Position numbers and translations under genes: made by a program. A stretch of DNA of 64,000 bases from the human T2T-CHM13v2.0 reference genome, Homo sapiens. Below are positions 26,825 through 40,689 of this stretch, piece after piece. The notes under the pieces were generated by a model that was not told the origin of the DNA, made no database searches, and worked only from the letters and a program-made list of their open reading frames with translations. Each line of letters begins with the position of its first letter. Within the stretch, counting starts at the first letter, position 1. Where the stretch lies: NCBI RefSeq assembly GCF_009914755.1, contig NC_060932.1. One strand, written 5' to 3'.

Positions 26825-27504
26825 TCATTCTAGATTAGGTTTATAGTAATTTTCTTCAGCCAGCTTAGGACCCTTTGTTGTTTTGCTCTGACCTATTTTT
26901 TTCCCTGCAAATATATTTAATAAGGAAACTTGAAGGTCTAGCCATCCGTTAGTTGCAATAACAGGTATCTAGTTAACATTTTCACAATGAATTGGCCGTA
27001 TTTTCTTTCACAATTTCTGCCAAAATTCTTATAATCTCATATGATAATTTATTCTGACAATTTGCATTACTTAAAGAATTATGTTCCTAAAGTGAAGAAA
27101 TTTAGAAGTATTTTGTATTCAGATAAATTTTATTTTCTGTTTCTCCTCCTTTTTTCCCTTTCATTCCCTATTTATCTTTCTTCCTTTATTTTTTTCTTCA
27201 CCTACCAAAGTAAGTCTAAGATAATATTAAGAATGTTATATTTGAGCTCGTATTTCTCTTTGATGTGTCAAAGTAAAAAATATAAAAAATTAATTCGGGT
27301 ATTAGAGAACAATATACCAAACAACATAGTGTAAAAGTCAGTAAGTCATGTCTCTTATTGCTTGGGGGGAAAATGCCATACTATAACTTATTTCACCTTA
27401 AATATTAGGTAGAAAAGTTCTGAAATCTTATCATGTTGAATATTTTATTTTTCTATCTATTAGCAAGTTTATTGATTCTAATAATATCCTTAAGAATTTA
27501 TTGG

Positions 27505-28078
27505 TTACTCTTCCATTTAGGATATAGAAGCTCGAAAAAGATTATTGCTCCTATCATAACAATGAGAAAATACTAGATAAGCTTTTTGAAAAAATCTATT
27601 TTTTGAACTATTTAAGAGTTTCAGAAGTAATGTAATTCCAGAGAGAGGCAACTCATTCCTAGGCCAGCACAGGAGGGTGGCTGCTTCCATCACTGAGGGA
27701 AATTATCAAGGCTGGTGGAGGGGCAGCCAAAAGAGAAGCCTGTCCCAGACAGGATTTAGAAAGGACAAAGGGAAACAAATCACATTTTCAATGGTCATGT
27801 AGGAGTTGAGTGGTGAAATTCAAGCTAAAGGGAGCCCAGACTCAAAGCTAACCCTCTCATCCAACAATTCTCTCTTGGAATTTTCCCTGCATCACTTTCC
27901 AGGTGGTGCCTGGACATGAGGTTGAACAGAAAGCAGAGGTCTCTTTTTTCCACGATGTTTATAAAGTCCTGCTAAGGGTGAAGCCCAAAACCACCTTCAC
28001 AACATTTGATATGAGTGACAAACTGAAACTAAGTAAAACTGCAAGCCAATCCCAACTCAGATCAATTCCTCATTAGGC
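27505..28078 (+). mobile_element. Old L1M 5' region
   Basis: cttccatttaggatatagaagc...ttgctcctatcataacaatgagaaaatactagataa resembles old L1M 5' ends. Confidence 0.5.
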
Positions 28079-28079
28079 T

Positions 28080-29258
28080 AATGCTCAGGAGGAGAGGAGA
28101 TCTTGTAGATTATTCTGGCTGAAAGTTAGTTTCCTGTTTTCTAGAGCTAAAATGGCCACCGCTGCTAGTGCTTTAAGGCAGGTTGGCCACCCTTTGACTG
28201 TGTTATCTAGTTGTTTAGAGAGATAAGCTACAGGGGCAAAAGAAGGAGGATTTCCTTTCTGTTGTCCTAAGACACCGAGGGCTATTCCTTGGCTTTCGGC
28301 AGTATAGAGAGTGAAAGGTTGGGAGATATCAGGTAAGGACAGAGCTGTCACAGTGAAAAGAGCAGTTTGGAGTTTGTGGAAGCTGGGGAGTATATTATGT
28401 GAAGGATTTAGGGTTCATTGAGGGGGCCTTTGGCCACTTCCTAGAGGGGGCAAGATAGGAGGGCAAAGTTGGGAATCCATATTCTAAAGAAGCCTGCTAG
28501 GCCTAGGAAGGAAAGGATTTTGCTTTTGGAGGAGGGCGGGGGTAGATTATCTATTAATGCTGCTGGGGCTGGGGTCATAGCCTGGGCCCCAGGGGAAAGT
28601 TGAATTCCTAAGTAGGACACCATGGAGGTGGGGAATTGGGCCTTGGACGAGGAGACCCCATATCATTTGGTAGCGAGGAAGTTTAAGAGAGCAGCTGTGT
28701 GAGTTTGAGAGTCTTTTAGAAAGGGGCTGCAAAGAAGAAGGTTGTCCACGTATTGAAGGAGACAACTGGGAGACAGGTAATAAGGAGGTGAGGTCTCCGA
28801 AGAAATAAGAGCTATCCCTGAAGCTCTGAGGGATGACAGTTCATGTGAGTTGTTGTGACTGGAGGGTGTCAGGGTCAGTCCAGGTGAAAGCAAAGAGGTT
28901 TTGGGAATCAGGGTGTACGGGAATGATAAAGAAGGCATCTTTTAAGTCAATTGCGGTGTAGTGGGTGGTGTTGGAGGGGACGAGAGAAATAAGTGTATAG
29001 GGGTTAGGGATTACAGGATGAATAGGGAGGACAGCCTGATTGATGGCTCAGAGGTCCTGAACGAGTTGGTATGAGCCATCAGATTTTTTAACAGGGAGGA
29101 TGCTCTGGGTCTTTGGCAGGTTCGGGAAGGGGAGGTTGGCCAGGTGAGGGGTTATAGAGGAGAGAGAGAGAGACAGAAAGAGAGAGAGATTGAGAGAGAG
29201 CAAGTCCTCTAAGGACACCCAGCCAGAGCCTATCCCTTTCTGGGTTTCGGCACCAAAA
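28080..29258 (-). pseudogene. pol: HERV-F-type internal remnant: leader fused directly to pol (RT and connection domain)
   Basis: ILPVKKSDGSYQLVQDL, PNPYTLIS, IDLKDAF, LLQYVDNLLL (YVDD to YVDN at 28741-28752), FLGLAGFFRIWIPNF, PVAYLSKQLD...GWPTCLKALAA. Confidence 0.88.
29238..29255 (-). promoter_or_regulatory. Primer-binding site, tRNA-Phe
   Basis: tggtgccgaaacccagaa vs TGGTGCCGAAACCCGGGA (16/18). Confidence 0.88.
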
Positions 29259-29680
29259 TGTAAGTTTGGCTGAGAGAAAGAATGAGAAAGACCCAAGGTC
29301 AGGCAAGTAAGTTTATTAACCTGCTGGGCTGCACCACCACAGTCAGAGAAGGCAGCCTTGAGCTTATAAAATGAGGAGTTTATATAGTGCGGAGAGACCC
29401 TGGGGTTGTTGGTTGACTTTACCACATACATCTTGTGACCAGCTTACAATATATTATCCTGTGAATGTAGGAATTTACAAGAGGGTGTAACTTAGGTTTA
29501 TCCAGATTGTCATAACCTCCCCTGTGCTGCCCTGGGGGCTGTAATCAGGTTTTGCTCAGCAAGTCTGGTGAGGTTGCTGTGGCGCCTAGATAAGGGTTCA
29601 AGAATGCAGCTGCAGAGTATTCAGGGTAAGAGTCAGCTGCATTGAGGTGGGGGGGCTCCTGGGGCAGCTTGTCCCTAACA
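29259..29680 (-). mobile_element. HERV-F group 5' LTR (LTR21/MER48-like)
   Basis: Minus strand tgttagggac...tatataa...aataaa...cttaca, next to the Phe PBS. Confidence 0.8.
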
Positions 29681-30110
29681 ATAACAAGCATTGAGGAGAG
29701 TGTGAAGCTACTGGTAGACTCATAAGCTCTTGTTTTAGGAGCTATTTGATGCTCATAGCAACATGGATAAATCTCCAAGTAATTATGCAGGGTGAAAGAA
29801 GCCAGATAATAAAGAGCACATATTACAGGATTCCATTTGAATAAAGTTCTATATGTGAGCTAATCTATGGTAACTGAAAACAGATCAGTGTTGCCAAGGA
29901 ACAGGGTGGGGCAGTGGGAGAGGGGAGTGATTACAATGGGGCATGGGGACATTTTTGGTAAGGAGTTCAATGTTCATTACCTAGACAGAGGTGACAGTTT
30001 CACAGGTGTATACCTATGTCAAAACTATTTCAATTGCAAAGTTTACAGTATCAATCAAATGTAAAGGTGATTTTATATCAATAATAATTTTATAAAACTA
30101 AAAAAAATAC
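29681..30110 (+). mobile_element. Old L1M (L1MD/ME-like) 3' end
   Basis: gcaacatggataaatctc...gtgaaagaagccaga...ggtgacagtttcacaggtgtatacctatgtcaaaact. Confidence 0.75.
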
Positions 30111-30823
30111 CATAACTATAATAATAAATAAACCAACAGTTTATCTTGTGTCATTTTTTAGAAATACACATCCAAACCAGATTGCTAGTTCATTAAATTC
30201 CACAACTAGAGAATCATTCTTTGGAACTTGAATAAAATATGAATAACTAAGAACAGCAACATTTTAAATATTTCACCTCAGCCCAAATTCCATAAAGCGG
30301 ATCTGCCTGTGTTCTTCATGGTCTGATTTCTCTTCAGCCACAGCTTCCATCTCACCACCTCACCTGGACCCCAGGCATACAGAACCATAGTCTCAGCTTC
30401 TATGCTTTTCTGCATATACCTGCATGCCTTGGCTTCTGCTCTGTGCTGTACCTACAGTACATTTTGCCCCCTTCTGTGTCTGCGCCCGCCCCCCTCTAAT
30501 CTCCATTCCAGATAAAGTTGATTGTCCTCCTGAAGCATTCCTTTACCAATCACCTCCACCCATCCCCTCCTGCCCAAGCTCTGGCTTAGGATAGATAAAG
30601 CTTCTCCTTTTTCTGTTTGCATGGAATCTTCTTTACCTCCATTATCATAATTCAGTGACTGCAATCTTCTCGAAGACAAGGAATACTCTTTCAACACAAT
30701 GAATGAGCACTAGACCTTACTTAGAGAGCACAAACTATAAACCATAGTCTGTCTGGAGGCCATGAAGCTGTTTTATTCAACCTGCAAAGAACTTGGAAAA
30801 ATTTGACATTAAAATCTAGGCCA

Positions 30824-31125
30824 GGCTGGGTGCAGTGGCTTATGCCTACAATCCTAGCAATTTGGGAGGCTGAGGCAGGAGGATTACGTGAGGCCAGGAG
30901 TTTGACAGCAGCCTGGGCAATATAGTGAGGCCCCATCTCTACAAGAAATAGAAACATTAGCTGGACATGACGGCATGTGCCTGTAGTTGCAGCTGCCTGG
31001 AGGGATAATGTGGGAGGATTGTTTGAGCCTGGGAGGTTGAGGCTGCAGTGAGCAATAATTGTACTACTGCACTGCAGCCTGGGTGACAGACAGAGACCCT
31101 GTCTCAAAAAAAAAAAAAAAAAAAA
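30824..31125 (+). mobile_element. AluJ
   Basis: Full Alu plus poly-A; TSD aaaatctaggccag at 30811-30824 and 31126-31139. Confidence 0.93.
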
Positions 31126-31979
31126 AAAATCTAGGCCAGCATTCTTGAACAGTAACAAGTCCGTAGAGCAAGAGGCAGTTATGGAGAATGTCCGATTTAC
31201 AACAATCCTCACCACTCTCCGTTGGCTCCCAACACATACTGTCACTTTCCTTATTTCTTGACTTGGCTGGGGCCTTTTCTGGGTGCAACATTCCCTGGCT
31301 CTGATGGGCATTTGACCTGGGATCCATGTTAAATGATCAATCAACATTTTTAAAATGAAGACATTTTTTAGATTAGAATAAATAATTGGAAGAAAAGTCT
31401 TTTCAAAAGAGGGGAGAACACGGCTTTTTTGGAACAAGAGTGAGTTGGGGTATAATTTTTTTCCCAGTTATTATATCCCAAGCCAGAGTCATTCATTTTC
31501 ATGATTTAAAATGTCTCCAAATAGTTCTCTACATTTTTCCAAGGCCAAAATAGTTGCTGTGTTTATTCAAACCACTCCATGCCCATCTAAAATATGTTTG
31601 ATAAACGTATAGTAAGCTAGATTGATCTTGGTGAAGGAAGGCAGAACTGCTACTTACAGGTGCCACAGGATATGCGTTCAGAGTTTATATACAGCTAATT
31701 ACAGATATATCCAATTTAAGGTGCTCCTAACAATTTGAAAACATTCTATGATAATTGATTTATAACAAAACTCTGGACGCTAATGAAATAACTCAGATTT
31801 CATCACCTTATTTCCACTAGAATCTTCATCTTGTCTGCCCACTGCATCCATGATTGCTGTTTGGCTGCTCTTCCCATCCCATTAAGGAAGCAAATAGTTT
31901 CCGAAAGTAGTTTAATTGGTGTGTAAGTCAGGAAGCCACTTCTAATTGTAGTTCAATGATGCCGTTTTAAAAGCCACGG

Positions 31980-32150
31980 TCTGCTGAGGGCCATCCTGGA
32001 AGAGAGGGTATTTTATCTGGTAAGGGCGAAGTAGCACATGCGGGAAGCTTTCATTACCGGTGGACTTCTTGAACACAGTAGAGTGGATACGGTATTCTAT
32101 GATTTCCATAAAACATCTTCCAGAAAGTCACACATAAAAAATCGAAGCAA
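31980..32150 (+). mobile_element. Possible CR1/L3 RT remnant
   Basis: VDTVFYDFHKT resembles the CR1 RT motif VDVVYLDFSKAFD. Confidence 0.3.
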
Positions 32151-33120
32151 ATAAACAGAAAACCAATTATCAACTACTTCAAAATCATGTTACCTCTAAA
32201 TCCATAAATATTCTTCCATAATAGAAATGAAGAAGATAAATATATACATTTTTAGAGATTATGAGAAAATTTCCCTTTATAAATGGGGGAAGTATATGTA
32301 AGTGATTTATTGTAATTATATAATAATAAACTATCTTTGACTTTCTTGACCATTCTGTTTCTAGGTGACCAGGCTTCACTCCTGCAAATGCCCAGAAAGT
32401 AGGGATGCCTGGTGAATGAACGTCTTTATGAGGAAGAGGAAGGTGCTGTAGTCAGTCAGGCTTTGCCAGGCCTTGGTGATATCGAACCCAACATAAAGTC
32501 AAAAGAGTCCTGTGATTTGGCCTACCAACTCGGCACCTTCTTTCCATTCAGGGTGTTAGTAATAAAAAACTGAAAAAATGACACCCGTACTCCTGCTGAT
32601 GTCCAGCTCAGCAGTTATTAACATATGTATGGTCCCCAAATGCCTCACAGTGAGCCCTGTACATAGTAGTGGCTCAACATATAGTTGTTAATTTCCTGAT
32701 CTGACCTGTGGTGCACGCCACAGGAGTGTGGTTGATGTGCCACTCCATTCAAGGCACACTTTCATTGGTCTGCGCCCCGCCTTCCCGCCCCAGGTCAACA
32801 GAATCTTGAATGCAAATATCTCTAATAGTGCTTAGAATGTACTATAGCAACAGCAAGAAGCAGCTGAGAATGACTGACCTCACTGCATGAAATGAGATTG
32901 ATGGACAGTTCTCTATGCAGTTACCTTAACTATGGATAGAAATAAGGTAGATAGAGGAATAGACAAGTAAATATGAGTAGAAATAAAGCAATTAGAATTA
33001 ATTAAAATGTTTCTACCTATTATTTCTTTTTCTTTCTCTCCATACAATACTTAATAAATGCTATACAATGATGTTCTGGTAGTTAGTTTTTAATTCTTCC
33101 CAAGGAACTGAAGAAACAGG

Positions 33121-33598
33121 TGTGTTGGTTTCCTAGGGCAACCATAAACAAAGTGCCACAACCTGGGTGGCTTAAACAACAGAAATCTATTGTCTCACAG
33201 TTCTGGAGAAAAGAAATTCAAAACTTATTCTGAGACGTTGGTAGGGTTGGTTCCTTCTGAAGGCTAGGAGGGAGAATCTATCCCATGCCTCTCTCCTAGC
33301 TTCTGGTGGGCTGCTGGCAATCTTTAATGGTCCTTCATTTGTAAAAGCATCACTCTGATGATTTCTGCCTTTCCCTTTACATTGTGTCCTCCCTATGTGA
33401 TGTCTCTGGGTCCAAATTTCCCCTTTTTATAAGAATGCCAGTCATATTAGATTAGGGGCCATCCTACTCCAGCAGGACCTCATCTTAGCTAATTACGTCT
33501 GCAATGACCCTATTTCCAAATAAGGCCTCTTTCTGAAATATGGAAAGTTAGGACTTTAGCCCACATATTTGGGGGGACCACAGTTCAACCCATAACAG
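33121..33598 (-). mobile_element. MLT1 (C-like) LTR
   Basis: tgtgttggtttcctagggc...ggcttaaacaacagaaatctattgtctcacagttctggag...cagttcaacccataaca. Confidence 0.85.
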
Positions 33599-34781
33599 CA
33601 GATATGCTTAAGCAAAGTGTTCTCACCTTTCCTGTGCTACATTGTGTCCAGATCCCACTGATACTTCACTGTTTGTCTTACGCTATTCTTGTCCTGTGTA
33701 AAAGTGCCCTGGGATGGTTATTACTTTGCTAGGGACTTCATTGTAATTGATAACTCTAGGCCAGGCAAATGCCAGGCTTTAAAAGTAGTCTTCATCAATT
33801 CTGTGTAAAGGAGGTTGCCCTTCAGCCATGCTGTCTGGGTGTCCACCGCCTGTCATGTGTTAGGTGAAAAAGACTTCTCTAGGTGGTTGTGTCCTGTGAG
33901 AGCTCTTCTCTGTGTCTTCCTCTGCTTTTTTGTCCCAGTGTTGTGCTGGCTGCCAAGGGTAACGGCCAGATTGATGTGGACAGGCTCCTTCACTGCCCAG
34001 AAATGCACTCTGATAGGTGTACTGTCCTTGATCATTGACCATGGACTTTTAACATTTTACAGCGCTACACCCAGCCACATGGTCTGCATGGACGCTATTC
34101 AGTAAAACTGCCAGATTGGTCATAACCCTTTGATTTAGACATTTAAAACTAAGTTTCTCATTCACCTTGCAAAGGTGCCACATTCCCCGATTTGTCACTA
34201 AGCATGTAAGTAAAAATAGAAATTCAAAAACTTTACAAAGCTAGGTTAACGTATGTCCCTGGGCTTCCCTTTATCTATGTAACCTATGACCCTGTCACAA
34301 CTAAAAGTAAAATTGCTTACGTATCATATTCTTCCCAAAAGCTTCTACTAGCTGGATGTAATGAAAGTTTAGTTTACATTTGTCATTTAGGTAATAATCA
34401 ATAATATTTATTAAGCTCACACTAAGTTAATAATTAAATAGTAGAATTTCAATTATCTAGACTTCTTGGAGGATAAGTCAATCCAGAGAGCTGAATTTCT
34501 GGATGACTATTATCATTTTCACCCCAACATAAAGAATTAAGTAAATAAATAACCTTTGGATATAATTTTTTCCTGACTAACTTTTATGTTTTGACACTTA
34601 CTTTAAAAACCACTTACTTACTTTTTTATTAAAAATATGTTCTTAACATATTCTTTTCTGAATTTTATTATAAATTTTATTATAGCCCGTATCAATCAAA
34701 ATATATGACTATTTGCCCCTACGCTAATCAACAAAACTTCCATTTCTTTTTTTCAGATGTTGGGTCTTCATATATACCCAT

Positions 34782-35493
<712 letters not shown>

Positions 35494-38400
35494 CTCATAT
35501 TAACTGTCTTGTTTGGACACTTCTTATATTGGCTATCTTGCTGCTTCCAATCTACCATGGAAACCAGGTTCTCAAATGTGTCAGGTATCTGTACACGGTA
35601 AGCAGAAGTGGATTTGGACTTGGTGCCATGTGTGAAACATTCATGAATGTTTGTGCTTGGGTACTAGGATACCTATTTGGGTTTCTCAGGCTCTCTCAGT
35701 ACTTCTTCTCAGTTTATGGTATCTGCTAGTGGTACATCCAGAAATTTGAGGTTTCCAAATACCTATTTGAAAATTCCAATATTCCAGTATTCCAAATATC
35801 CTGGATAGGTGAGGCTTCCATTCTACTAATTAATAATAAGTGCACTTTCACATCTATTATCTCTTCTTCTATGACCCCAGTTTTTCTATATCAAGCTTCA
35901 AAGGGTTTACAATCTTGGACTACACAAGACATGCAGACAAAGAAGATTAAGAACATTTACAAAGGAGTAGGCATTTAAAGATCTTAATAGAACATTTATA
36001 GTTTCTCACATGGGAGAAATTAACCAGAAAAGAAGTATTGTACCCATAGGACTGAAGAGAAATCAAGATAAGAGGGCTCTTAAGGGAACAGGAAGTGAGA
36101 TGAAATTATATAAATAGGAAAGCGCTCGTGGAGAGGAGGGATGAACGCCTAGGGACTAAGGCTAAGTCCTAAGAAATGCACCTTGGCAAGGGCTGGGAAA
36201 AGTGTTAAGGAAGGAGTTGCAGGACCCTGGAGAAGCAGGAAAGTGTGGTATCATTGCCTGTCAATCAATCATCTCTGTGTTTTCTACTTCATTCCCTTGG
36301 ATGGGTGCTTCAAATGTGTTATTGTCACAAACAAAGCAGAGTTAAGATTGTGCTTTGTTCCCTCCCCAACATGTCTGGGATAGGGATACAACTAATTCTG
36401 GGGCAACTAGATGCAAGTTAGACAGTGCCCTAAGCCATCTATATATTCCCTCATGGCCTCATCACTTTTTACTACCCCCCACCCCTGACTACTAACATGG
36501 CCTCTGTTTCCTTTGAAGGTTCCCTGTTGTCAGGTTCCTCTTTGGCAGGGGCCCAGCCTGATACCTCTCATGATGTCATTCCTAAGGATCTGATATTACT
36601 AAGGATAATTATATTCCTGCATCCTTGGTGCCCTTGCACCACATTCAGGTAGAATAGGTACTTGACACTCATATGTAGGAAGAACTGTTTAGCCAAATCA
36701 TATTAAATTACCAACATTCAACCAATTTTGACCTACAAAATTTTTCATAACATTCAATCTAATATTTTTTTCCCTACTCCCTGTGAAAGAAATTACTATA
36801 TACTACTCTCTTGGTCCACTGGTATGTGGTTACATAGACCCACTCATTTAAAAAAGAGCTCGTGGGGTGAGCTGTTTTGCTATTCAATGTTTCTTCAACT
36901 TTAATCCAAGTTTATCAGATTTTATTTTCTCTTGGGAAAAAAAAACCCACCTTATCTTTCTCAAGGTATGTATTTTCCTTTTTGCCTGCAACAGTTTCCT
37001 ATGTTGTAGCAGCAAGGGCATTAGGGTTTGTAAAATTAAGGAAACCACTACATAAATAGTCACATTTCTTAGGTATATGCTCATGAAATCCTTTAAAAAA
37101 GTTTTCTTTAAGGATCCAAAATTTCAATTTATGTTATGGTTTGCAATGAAAAAATTCTTTAATACTTTAGAGTTCAACAAATGGTAGCTATTACAAAATA
37201 GAGATCACAAGTACAATTAACAAAGTCCATGTTGCATACAGTGAAACAGCTGTTTTCTTTAAAGCAAAGATTGCCTCTTCTAAATGTGGAAATGCTGAAA
37301 CACATTCCTCTAAGATATCATCCAAAGAGTAAGTTTTCAAAAACTGCTTAAAATCACAGAATTTTTAAACTGAAAATGGTTAGAGGCTACTGAATCCAAC
37401 CTTCAAATTTTTTAGAACAGAAAACAGACTTAAGTAAATATATCCAGTTGGTAGAACTGAAATTATAATTCGAATTTCTGAAATCTTAGTGAAATTTACT
37501 GCCAAACCTATTCAGTGAAAGATTGAGTCATGAAAAAGCAAGAAAGGTAACTAACTACACAGAGTGTCCAGTGATCCTCAAGCTCTCTGAACTGCACCCT
37601 GGCCAGCCATCACCAAGAGGGATGTAACATTCCTGTGTTCCTTTTTCTTTTGTAGAATTTCATGGGAATTGGTGTTCTCCAGGAACTCAGTTCATCTGCT
37701 GCCAACCAATTCTGATTTTCAATTAGTTTCCTGAAACAGCAAGTAACCAAAGGTGGTTCTTAGTGTAAGGTGGGAGATGTGACTATATTAAGTATGACAT
37801 TGGATTCTGAAAATTGATGGCTCAAATGAGATTCTGATGGGAGGGAGAATTTGGTGTTTGCCCACAGTGAAAAAGATGGCACCCTCTTGTCAAAATTGAT
37901 ACTGTTCAGCCACCACCTTGTGTACCTTAACGTAACATAATGAAATGGCATCTGGAAAAAGTGTTCCTTCCTTGTCTCTTTAGGGCATCAGAAATCCCTG
38001 GAATTTCCTGGATTTTGAGTGCATGCAAGGTTAGTCCCAGGAAGCTTTCTGAGCTCAGAGTGTTTCCAGTCCAAATGAGAATATGAAGCTCTAAGGCAGC
38101 CTGGAAGCAGGGGAAACTTGTGGGTTTCATTCATATCAACTTTCCAGGAGCTTTCTCTCTCAATCCAATTTGAATTCATGGGGTGGTTGGCTAAAGCTGA
38201 TTTTCTTAGGATTGAATAGAACTTAAATTTACCCCTATGGGAATCCGGACTGGCTCAAGTTCAAGAGTTTGTTCTTCACTTGACATATGCAGGTGAAATG
38301 CGTAGTGGTTCTAAAAAAAGGAACTTATTTCTAAGTATAAATATAAGGGAAGAAGTTACCAAATTTATGCAGGTTTGATTACTTTTTTGTTATTAAAATA

Positions 38401-38649
38401 TGTTCTTTCACTTTCTCTTCACCATGGATGTAAGATATGAATTGAGAAGTTGACACAAGTATCAGTTTAATGAAATCATTATCTTGTGTCCCACGGAGAG
38501 TTGGATTTACAACTTGATACCGCCACATAACTGTATGCTATTGAAAATGGGTAAGAGTAAGAATTTAATTTAAAAGAATTTGAATGCTTTAAAAACTCAT
38601 TTCAGGAGATTAGAGGGGTTGCTATCTGCCATCATTCATTCACAGGTTG

Positions 38650-39160
38650 CTTTATCAATAAGAGTCAGCTAGTTGCCCCCAAATACATCCTCCCCCTTTT
38701 GCTTTCTAATATGGCCCTAATATTAACTGAACACTGACAAACGACAACATTTTAGGCTCCTCAGCAGCAAGGAATGGCCATGTTACTAAGTTTCGGCAAA
38801 TAAGTGAAAAATAGAGAAGTATTGTGTGCTGTTTTGAGAAAATTTCTTTAATAAGAAGAAGCATAAGCATACTCTTCTCCACTTCTTTTTTCTTTTCTTC
38901 AGCACTTAATATGGATCTCATATAATGGCTGGGGCTTCAGAAGCCATCTTGTGCCATGTGGAAGACAGCTGGCAGAGCAAAGAACAGAAAGGAGTTAGAC
39001 TTTGGATAATTAATGCAGCTGCAAAGCTAGCCTGGATTACAAGCCTCTGAATGTCTTTTGCATGAGAGAGAAATTAGCTTCCTTCTTGCTTAAGCCATCA
39101 TTGTTTTCTGTTTTCTTTTTTTTTAAAATCACATTAAACCTAATCCTTAAACCGTACAAT
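38650..39160 (+). mobile_element. Degraded MLT1 (J/K-like) LTR
   Basis: gcaaggaatggccatgttactaagtttcggc...cagaagccatcttgtgccatg...ttgcttaagccatc. Confidence 0.6.
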
Positions 39161-39399
39161 CATCGAATGATCAGTGATGATTTGCTCCGTGAAAGTTATC
39201 TGGGAACTGACTGATAATATTACATGTGGCAGGAGCAACTATACTTTCTGTCAGTCCATAAGTTAGGAATTGACACCTTTTCTCTAGTTTTAGAATGTGT
39301 ACCTCACTCACTCTTTCCCAGGTGAAGAGAAATAGCTTATCTTATTGGTGAATTTCGGGATGGGCTGAGTGTGTTTGCTTCAGGCTAAGCTTCTCTCAG

Positions 39400-39573
39400 C
39401 TTCCCGTTGTGGTCAGTTTCCCCTGGCTGGCTCCGCCCACAGCAGAAGAAGCCTATACTCATGCCCGGAAAGTCAACTTCAGTGAGGAAGTAATTTGGCA
39501 GCCTAATACGTCCTCACATCACACAGGAAGCTTTATCCATTTGTAAACTTGTTTTTCATCTCCCCGCGTAAGT
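39400..39573 (+). promoter_or_regulatory. Candidate promoter/enhancer with possible non-coding first exon
   Basis: RUNX TGTGGT 39408-39413, GC box 39431-39438, ETS/PU.1 GAGGAAGT 39484-39491, donor CGC|GTAAGT after 39567. Confidence 0.4.
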
Positions 39574-39920
39574 TCTATTTCTTAACTGGTTTTGATTTGG
39601 GGCAGGGGACTGTACTGTGGAGGGAAATGATTACCCATCATCCTCAAACCCCAAGAATAAGGGTCACTAAGAGGATCTATCAGATTTTTCTAAGATATTT
39701 TAATAGTCCTTTTATTTATGATGTCATTTAGCAAAAGGTAACATCACTGCTATTAGATTACTCCTGGAAGATAATTAACGGAAAGAAAATTCGTATTTCT
39801 AATTTTAAAATCACTTTAAGTAAATTGTGTTCCATTTTTATTTCATATAATTATTTTTTATGCTCCAGCAAAAATATTTACCAAGTTTTATAAAGAGGCC
39901 ATTATAGAGATATTTCTTAA

Positions 39921-40326
<406 letters not shown>

Positions 40327-40689
40327 TAATAATTGCATAACTATACTGCAAACCACAATGTGAGGTTTTTATGACATAATTGTAAACAGTTTGGATTTCA
40401 AAACAATTTACCAAATTCTTCTCTTTGAAACCACTGTATATTTGCTAAAAATAGAGAAAATGTAAACTTGTCAAAATCCATACTTGAGACTCTTTATTCT
40501 GTTACAGGGCCATTATTCTAGACCTAGTCTGAAAAAGAGAATTTCTTAGAAATGGGCATTTAATTTAATAAAATGCCATCATTATAAAATTGAGAAATTT
40601 GTATAGTCTTTCCTCCAAGACTGAGGTGCCACACTGATGACTCCCCATGTATTCAATCATCCCTGTTTTTCTCAAATAAATAAGTTATG

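Noticed and set aside
12899-29680. The two ERV remnants as halves of one inverted provirus
   Set aside because: Different LTRs and PBSs (Lys vs Phe), and both contain the same RT N-terminal region with different sequence.
30721-31437. 238-aa minus-strand ORF and similar ORFs at 3986, 7202, 8664, 10318, 26404, 34962, 55801 and 56281
   Set aside because: Antisense Alu translations (poly-F, LECSG, SASQVAG), a well-known artefact.
32350-32560. Plus-strand exon after the acceptor ttctgtttctag
   Set aside because: No convincing downstream donor or recognisable coding frame; such acceptor-like strings are common.
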